Assembly: GCA_014905635.1 (NCBI GenBank)
Contig: JABVCE010000007.1
Span: forward strand, 186,001-250,000
Origin: Scenedesmus sp. PABB004
Taxonomy: Eukaryota
Direction: 5' to 3'
Length of the DNA stretch: 64,000 nt
A program made the translations under genes and the position numbers. Below are positions 57,434 to 64,000 of the stretch, piece by piece. The notes beneath the pieces are model-generated. The model was not told the DNA's origin. It searched no databases and saw only the letters and a program-made list of their open reading frames with translations. Positions within the stretch are counted from its first letter, which is position 1. Each line of letters starts with the position of its first letter.

Positions 57434-59742
57434 ATGATGATGTCGTTCTCGCCCTCGGCCGCGCTGGAGGGCCAGTCGGTCCTGCTCACGGGCGGGCTCG
57501 GCTTTGCGGGCAGGGTCATCGCAGAGCAGCTCCTGCGTCTCACGGGGGTGCGTGCGCTAGGTCAAGACAAATAGACCGCCATATCCTGCGTCTGCGGGCC
57601 ACATGGCGGCGCGTGCGGGGCCGCGGGCGCGTACGGAGGTCGCGGAGATGCTCGGCAGCGCGCGACAGCGCCAAACTGCTGCGCAGGTCGAGCGCCGCCG
57701 CTGGCACGCACGCGCAGGTGCGCAGGCTCTACCTGCTCGTTCGCGACAAGCGCGGCAAGAGCGCCGACGAGCGCGTCGCCGAGGTGCGCGGCCGGCGGCA
57801 GCCAGCTGCGGCGCGGCCTGCGCGCGCTGGGAGCTCCACCCAGCTCACACGCCCCACCCCTCCCACCCCCCGCAGCTTCTGGCCAGCCCCCTGTTCCACC
57901 TCGTCCCGCCGGCCGACCGCGCGTGCGTGACGGCGGTGCGCGGCGACCTGCTCGCGCCGGGCCTTGGCCTCGGCCGGGGCGACGCAGCCCAGCTGCGCGC
58001 CGAGGTCACGGTCGTGATACACTGCGCCGCCAACATCGAGCTGGACGCCGAGGTGCACAAAACGCTCCGGTGGGCGGCCGCGCCGTCTGGGTGCTGCTGG
58101 CCCGTCTGGCGCCGGCGCCGAGCCGCGCGCACAGCCGCGCGCCAAGCCGCGCGCCGCGCCGTGCCGCAGCACCAACTACGTGGGCACCGAGGCGCTGCTC
58201 GCGCTCGCGGCCGGCATGCCGCGCCTGTCGGCGCTCGTGCACGTGAGCACCTACTACGTGAACAACCACGCCCCCCGCGGCAGCACCGTGGCGGAGGCCA
58301 TGTACCCCCTGCCGCTGCGCCTCGGCGGCGGCGCCGAGCTCGACCACGCCGCCTTTGTCGCCGCCCTGCTCGCGATGCCGCCCGTGGAGGCGGACGCCGC
58401 GGCGGCGTGCGTGATGGAGGACGCGGGGTTCACATCGACCTACGCGCTGGGCAAGCACCTCGCCGAGCGCCTCGTCGCCGCCGCGCCGCTGCCGCGCGGC
58501 GCGGCGCGCGCGATCGTGAGGCCCAGCCTCATCGCGAGCGTCGCCGGCGCGCCCTACCCGGGGTGCGGCGGCAGGGGGTTGGGGGCACCGCGGCCGCCCG
58601 GCGACCGCGCTAGGACGCGGCGCGCCAGCGCGGCTCAGCCCCGTCGCCGCCGCCGGCGCGCCGCTGCGCAGGTTCATCAGCGGCTTTGCCGGCGCGGGCG
58701 GCTACATGATGGGTGCGCGGCGCGCGCCGGCCCCGCGCGCCGCCAGGGACCCGCGCCCGCGCCCCGCGCCGCGCCGAGCTGGCCGGCCGCCCTCACTCGC
58801 CCGCTTGCCATCCGCCCGCCTCACCCACCTGACCCTGTGATCAGGATACGCGCTGGGCTTCATGCCCTCCCCGCCGGCATCGCGTACGCGGCCGACGCGG
58901 TGATGGACCTCGTGCCCGCCGACGTCGTAGCCGCGCTGGTGCGCGGCGCGGGCTGCGGCCGCAGGGCTTGAGGGCTGCGGGGCGGCTGCCAGGGCCGGTC
59001 CGCGCCGACGCCGCGCCGCACCGCGCCGCGCAGGTCATCGCCGCCGCGGGCGCCGCGGCAAGCGGGGCGGGCCCGGCGCCGCGCGTCGCCGCCGGCGGCG
59101 GCGCGGGCGGGCTGGTGATCTACCACGCCACGAGCGCGCAGAGCCACCCGCTGACCATCGAGCGCTGCTACGCCGCGATGCGCGAGTTCTGGTCGGCCAA
59201 CGCGCCGCCCTTCCGCCTGCCCGGCTCCAGGTGGGCGCGGCGCACGGCGCGGCGGCCGCGCTGACCGCCAAACGCCGAGCACGCCGGGCTCGCCGGGCAC
59301 AAGAGGGCCGCGCCGAGCGCGCGGCGCCGCCGCGACATGCGGCACACGCGCGCGCGCCGCAGGTACGTGACGATGCGCCCTGGGCACGTGCCCAGCCAGG
59401 CGGCCATCGAGGCCGCGCGCGCCGGCGTCGCGCGCAAGGTGTCGGCCGTGTGCCGCCTGCTCGCGCTCGCGCGCTGCCGCCGCGCGGCGCGCGCGCTGTC
59501 GACCGGCTTCCGGGCCTTTGGGACGTTCAACTCCATCGCCTACGGCAAGAGCTTCGTCTGCGCCGTCGACAACGCGCGCGGCCTCGCCGCCGCGCTCGCG
59601 CGCGGGCGAGGCGGCGCGCTGGCGCCTGGTGTGGGAGCCCGCGGCGATGGACTGGGAGACCTACGGTGCGCACAGCGGCGGCGGCCGAGGGGAGGGGGGG
59701 GGGGCGCCACGGGCGCGCGAGCTGCGTGAGCGGCGCGCTCAG

Positions 59743-59777
<35 letters not shown>

Positions 59778-60341
59778 ACACACACACACCACACCACCAC
59801 CACACCACCACCACCACCACCACCACCACCACCACCACCACCCGCGCCACCACCACCCGCGCGCGCGCAGGGTACACCTTCCAGGCGGGCGTGCGGCGGC
59901 TGCTGTTCGGCGTCACCAAGCCCAGCGCCGTGCCAGGGCGGCGCCACCTGTTTGTCGCGCTGAGCCCCGCGCCCGCCCCGCGGCGGAGGCCGGCCACGCG
60001 GCGGCCAAGGCGCGCGGCCTGCCGACCGCCGGCGGCGCTGCCGCGCCAGGTGCGCGGGCGGCGGGGCGGCCGGAGGGTCACGCACAGCTGTGCCGAGCGC
60101 CTCGCGCAGGCGCCGCGGCCGCGCCCGACCCCGTCCCCGCCCGCCCCGCGCCGTGCCGCGCGCAGTCATCCGCCGCCGCGGCTGCTGGCCCGTGGCGAGC
60201 TGCTTCGGCGGCGCGCGCGCGGCGCGCGCGTCCGCCTCTGGCTGCTCGCTGGCCGACTCGGCCGCGTCCGCCGCCTCTGTGGCTGACGTGCGGGCGATCG
60301 TGGTGGAGGCGCCCGACGCGCCGAGCGGCGGCGCCGCGTGA
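57434..60341 (+). CDS. FAR: Fatty acyl-CoA reductase (male-sterility/extended SDR family); 2-3 apparent single-base frameshifts; 3' end tentative
   Basis: LLTGGLGFAG, LYLLVRDKRG, VRGDL, IHCAANI, HVSTYYV, TYALGK (YxxxK), IVRPSLI, DLVPADVV, MDWETY. Confidence 0.88.
59744..59857. repeat. Compound poly-C / (CA)n / (CAC)n tract in a FAR intron
   Basis: Direct reading. Confidence 0.9.
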
Positions 60342-60842
60342 AATGCTGGGGGCGAGCGCCGGACGAGGTGGGGGTCTGGGGACGCCGCCGCTGCACGCCA
60401 TTGCTGCCTGCGCGCGGCGGGCTGGGTTGTTGGTTGCTGGCGGGGGGGGGGGGGGGGCAGCAGCTGCGCTGCGCGGGACTGCGCTGGCGCCCGAGGCTGC
60501 GAGACGCCCGGCAGCCGTTCACGTTGGGAGCGGCCATGCTGGGCAAGCATGATGATCCAGGCTGCTGCTGTTGTTGCTTTGCACTCGTGTCTGGGCCTTG
60601 TTGACCTGTATTCGTTGACCGCGCGCGCACCTCCCCCGGCGCCAGCGCACGCACATATCCTGTCGCACGTTTCACCCTCGTCCCTGATGGCGTAGAGCCC
60701 TGGCAATCTCTCTGCCTCGCGAGCGCGCTCGCTCGAGCTGGGGCGTGCGCTGTGTTATGTTGTGTGTTATGTTGTGTGACGGCCGGCCGGGGGCGCCCCG
60801 CTGAGTAACACCGGGCCGCACAGCGCCGCCGCTCGCGCGCGC

Positions 60843-62833
60843 TCACGCCGCCCTGTCGCCGCCGCCGCGCCGCCGCGCGGCGGCGCCGGTGCCGGCCTCG
60901 CGCAGCAGCGCGCCGAGCGCGCCGGGCGCCGCGCCGGGCGGCGCGTTGGCGACCTTGAGCAGCCAGTCCAGGAAGAAGCGGGCGAACTCGGCGTTGCTGT
61001 CGCGGGCGAGGACGGGGTATGTGATGAGGCTGACGTCGCGCGCGGCGTTGACAAGGCCGACGGTCGCGATGTTGCGCGCGTGCGCCTCGCGCACGGCGAC
61101 GCTGTTCTTGGTGGTGTCGAGGAAGACCACCAGCCGCAGCGACCGCGGCTGCCCCCGCAGCGAGCCCGCGGGCTTGAACCTGGCGCGGCGCGGCGGCAGA
61201 CGCGGCGGCGGTCGGCGGCGGCGCGGCGGCGCGGCGGCGGTCGCCGGGGCACGGGCCGGGCGGCGCGGCGCGGGGCGCCCGCTCCCCCGCGCCGCCGCCG
61301 GCGCGCCGGCCGGCCTGCCGCACCTGTGCAGCTTGTCCTCAGCGTGCAGCAGCTCCTCCAGCAGGCGTCGGTAGCCCGGCCGCCGCGTGCGCGCCTGCAG
61401 GAGCCACTTGTCGGCCCAGCTCAGCCGCGGCAGCGGCGCCGCGCTCGGCGGCGGCGCCGGGCAGAGGGGGTTGACCATGCGGTACCCCTTGGTCGCCAGC
61501 AGCCTGGGCCGCGCAGCGGCGCGCGGGGCGGGCGCGGACGAAGGCGTCGGGCGTTGGGGCGGGCGGGAGGGGCGGCGGGGCCCGCAACACGGGACTCGCA
61601 GGCGCGCCCGGCGGCGCGCGGCGCGGCGTCGCGCGGCAGTGCGGACCTGCGGTTGGGCTGGTGTGCCTCCTTGAAGAGGCGCCTGTGGCTCGCATAATTT
61701 GTGAGCATGCCGGGGGACCAAGTGCGGCCGTACCACCAGACGTTGGGGTTGAGGCACGCCCGCGCCGCCGCCTGCACCAGCGGCGCGAGCAGGCGGTTGG
61801 TGCCGACGACGTAGACGTGACCGTCCTGCGACGCGGCGTGACGCGGCATGGCGCGGCATGCGGCGGCGGGGGCGGCGCGTGAGCGCGTGCGGTGGCGCGC
61901 AGCGGCGCTGCGGCGCAGTGGGGACGTGCGGCGGGCCTGCCGCCGCGCCGCGCGCGCCGCGCGCGCCTGCCGCCGCACCTCCTGCAGCACGCCGCGTATG
62001 ACGTGCAGCGCGCGCAGCACCGACAGCAGCACCGCGCTGGGCTGCAGCAGCAGCTGCTCGTTGACCTGCAGCAGGTAGGGCGACAGCTGCGCGTTCCACG
62101 CCGGCGCGCGCGGCATCGGGTGCAGCAGCACCTGCGGCGGCGGCACGGGTGGCGGCGTGGCGTGAGACATGGGCGGCGCGAGGCATGGGCGGCGTGCACG
62201 CAGAGGCCCCCCGCCGCCGAGGCCGAGGGCGTCTGCTGTCAGCCAGCCACGCGTGGCGGCGCACCTGCAGCAGCTTGTCCAGCTCCTGCTCGTCCGGCGC
62301 GCCGGCAGCGGCCGCGGAGCCGCCGCCGACCGGCGGCGGCGCCGCCTTCCTGGGCGCCGCCGCTGCAGCGCCCTCGGCCGCCGCTGCCGCCGCGGCCGCC
62401 AGCGCGCCCGCGCTGCTCGCCAGGCCCCGCCGCGGCGCGCGCTGCGCCGGCCAGTGCTGCTGCTGCTGATGGCGGGGCCACGGCTGCGGCTCCGGCAGCG
62501 CCTGCTGCGCCTGCTGCTGCTGCGGCTGCTGCTGCGGGGCGGCGCTGCCCAGGGCGCGCAGGCCCGCCGCCGCGAGCGCCCTACGAGCGGCGGCGGCGCG
62601 CGTGAGGCCCGCGCAGCGGCCGCGTGCGCGCGGACGGCTGGCGCTGCTCCCCCCTGCCTCGCGCACCTGACGCCGGACAGGCCGTCCTGCGCCAGCGAGC
62701 GCGCGCCTGCGGCGGCGCGCGGTGCATCCGGGCGGCGGCCGCGGCCGGTGAGCAGCGGCCGCGGCAGCGGCGGCAGCAGACCGCGGCGGGGCGCACCCGC
62801 GGCCAGGACGGCCCGAGAGCCCGCAGGAAGCAT
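60843..62833 (-). CDS. RPS2: Ribosomal protein uS2 family, probably nucleus-encoded mitochondrial, multi-exon
   Basis: Arg/Ala/Leu-rich presequence; GHVYVVGTN, WSPGMLTNY, VVFLDTTKNSVAVREAHARNIATVGLVN, ITYPVLARD. The ATG at 62833 is the phase-consistent one. Confidence 0.85.
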
Positions 62834-63343
62834 CGTGGGCCGACGCCCGCCGGGCGTTGGGCGTCGGGCGCGCGGCCTGGGGCGGGGGCGAGGCGATCGC
62901 AGGCCGGCTGCGACGGCTGCGCGCGCGCCTGGGGCCCTGCCGATGCGTCAGATGCGGCGTCCGTCGAGGAGCGCACTCTGCCAGCTGTGCGGGCGGCGGC
63001 GTGGCGTGCTCGCGCGCTGAGAGGGCGACGAGGGCGCAAGGGCTCCGCAGGCCGCCCGCCCCGCTCCTCTCCTGCCCAGCCGGCGCTGAGCTGATGACTG
63101 AGCCACCCCGCGCTCGCTGGCTGCTGCTGCTGAACTGCCGGGCCTGGTGCCGACACCACCACCGCTCGGCCGCAGCCCCTCCACAGGCCCCGATCGCGCG
63201 CGCCCACCGCGCTGCCCGGGTGGCTGTGCCGTGCTGACAGCGGGCCAGCGGCGGGCCGCGGCGAGCGGAGGCGCGGCGGCGCCGGCGCCGCGTCGCTGCT
63301 GCTGCTCGCGGCGCGCGACACCGCCGCGGGTGTGGCGGCGGCG

Positions 63344-63911
63344 ATGGAGCCGGCCGCCCCCGATCCCGACCGCCTGGCGCTGTTTGACGACGCGCTGGAT
63401 GCGCTGCTGGATGCGCTGCAGCCGACGCCAGAGAGCGACGCGGTGCGGCGCGGCGTGGTCGCCGAGATGGCAGACCTGGTCGCCGAGGTGCTGCCGGCGC
63501 ACCTGCACCCCGGGCTGGAGGCGTTTGGCTCCTTCCGCGCGGGGCTCCACCTGCCGGGTGCGCGCTGGAGCGGGGTGCGCGAGCGCCGCGGCCGCGCCCG
63601 GCGGCCTGGAGCCGTTTGCGCGCCCGTGCCCCGCGCCCACGCCCTCTCCGCCCTCTCCCCCCCCCCCCTCCGCGCAGGCAGCGACCTCGACTTTGCCGTG
63701 ACCGGCTGGGTGCCGGCGGCGCCGCCGCAAGGCCCCGACGAGCCGCCGCCGCCGCCGCTGGAGCTGCACGAGTGGTCGCCGCACGAGCAGTGCTGCCTGC
63801 TGGAGGACCTCGCGGACGCGCTCGAGGCGCGCGGCCTCGTGGACGGGCAGGTGCGGCCGCCGCGCCGCGCGGGGCGCGGCGCCCGCCGCTGCTGCTGCTG
63901 CTGCTGCTGCC

Positions 63912-63962
<51 letters not shown>

Positions 63963-64000
63963 GCCGCGCAGCGCCGGCGCCCACGCGCCGCCGCCGCCGC
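63344..64000 (+). CDS. HESO1/TUTase-like terminal nucleotidyltransferase, 3'-truncated
   Basis: LDALQPTPESDAVRRGVV...LEAFGSFRAGLHLPG|SDLDFAV (GS + DxD), followed by LLEDLADAL. Confidence 0.8.
63888..63960. repeat. (CTG)n intronic microsatellite
   Basis: Direct reading, one interruption. Confidence 0.9.

Noticed and set aside
58855..59985. FAR as a pseudogene or programmed frameshift (slips near 58860, 59600, 59980)
   Set aside because: Similar single-base slips occur in other otherwise intact genes (~44955, ~46243, ~52995), mostly in G/C runs, which suggests assembly indel errors. Reads are needed to exclude real decay.
1..64000. Hundreds of long overlapping Arg/Ala/Pro-rich ORFs (e.g. 7015-10671, 12732-15578, 53655-56762 as a whole)
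   Set aside because: Stop codons are rare at this GC content. These frames run through introns or lie antisense to recognisable genes.
11242..64000. Two terminal nucleotidyltransferases (TRF4-like, HESO1-like) as a functional cluster
   Set aside because: About 49 kb apart, different subfamilies, unrelated genes in between.
1..64000. Alternative genetic code or selenocysteine
   Set aside because: No conserved exon needed read-through of an in-frame stop; TGA, TAA and TAG all terminate genes here.

Overview
Very GC-rich, intron-dense eukaryotic nuclear DNA from a chlorophyte green alga. A Sphaeropleales/Selenastraceae-like origin is inferred from composition, GTGCGC-type donors and TGTAA-type poly(A) signals. 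Most long ORFs in the supplied track are GC artefacts, so genes were rebuilt by eye from exons and splice sites. About 20 genes are present. In order: a partial coiled-coil gene, a CTR copper transporter, FZL GTPase, a hypothetical gene, a TRF4/PAPD5-like poly(A) polymerase, a second hypothetical gene, a large repetitive secreted glycoprotein and a Yip1 protein. Next is a ~20.5 kb triple tandem array of a two-gene cassette (secreted multicopper oxidase plus secreted His/Cys-rich protein). After the array come a bZIP-like protein, a DRM1/auxin-repressed-motif + EF-hand protein, RTEL1, an atypical kinase, a fatty acyl-CoA reductase, ribosomal protein uS2 and a partial HESO1-like nucleotidyltransferase. 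The array is the most striking region. Both unrelated gene types carry the same upstream non-coding module, the oxidases have Cys at the T1-copper axial position, the copies differ in patchwork blocks, and copy 2 is disabled by a 27-bp inversion-duplication. Also notable are the DRM1/ARP-EF-hand fusion, frequent GC-AG introns and paired GTAC (CuRE-like) cores. Several single-base frameshifts in G/C runs look like assembly errors. All family calls come from motif recognition; no searches were run.
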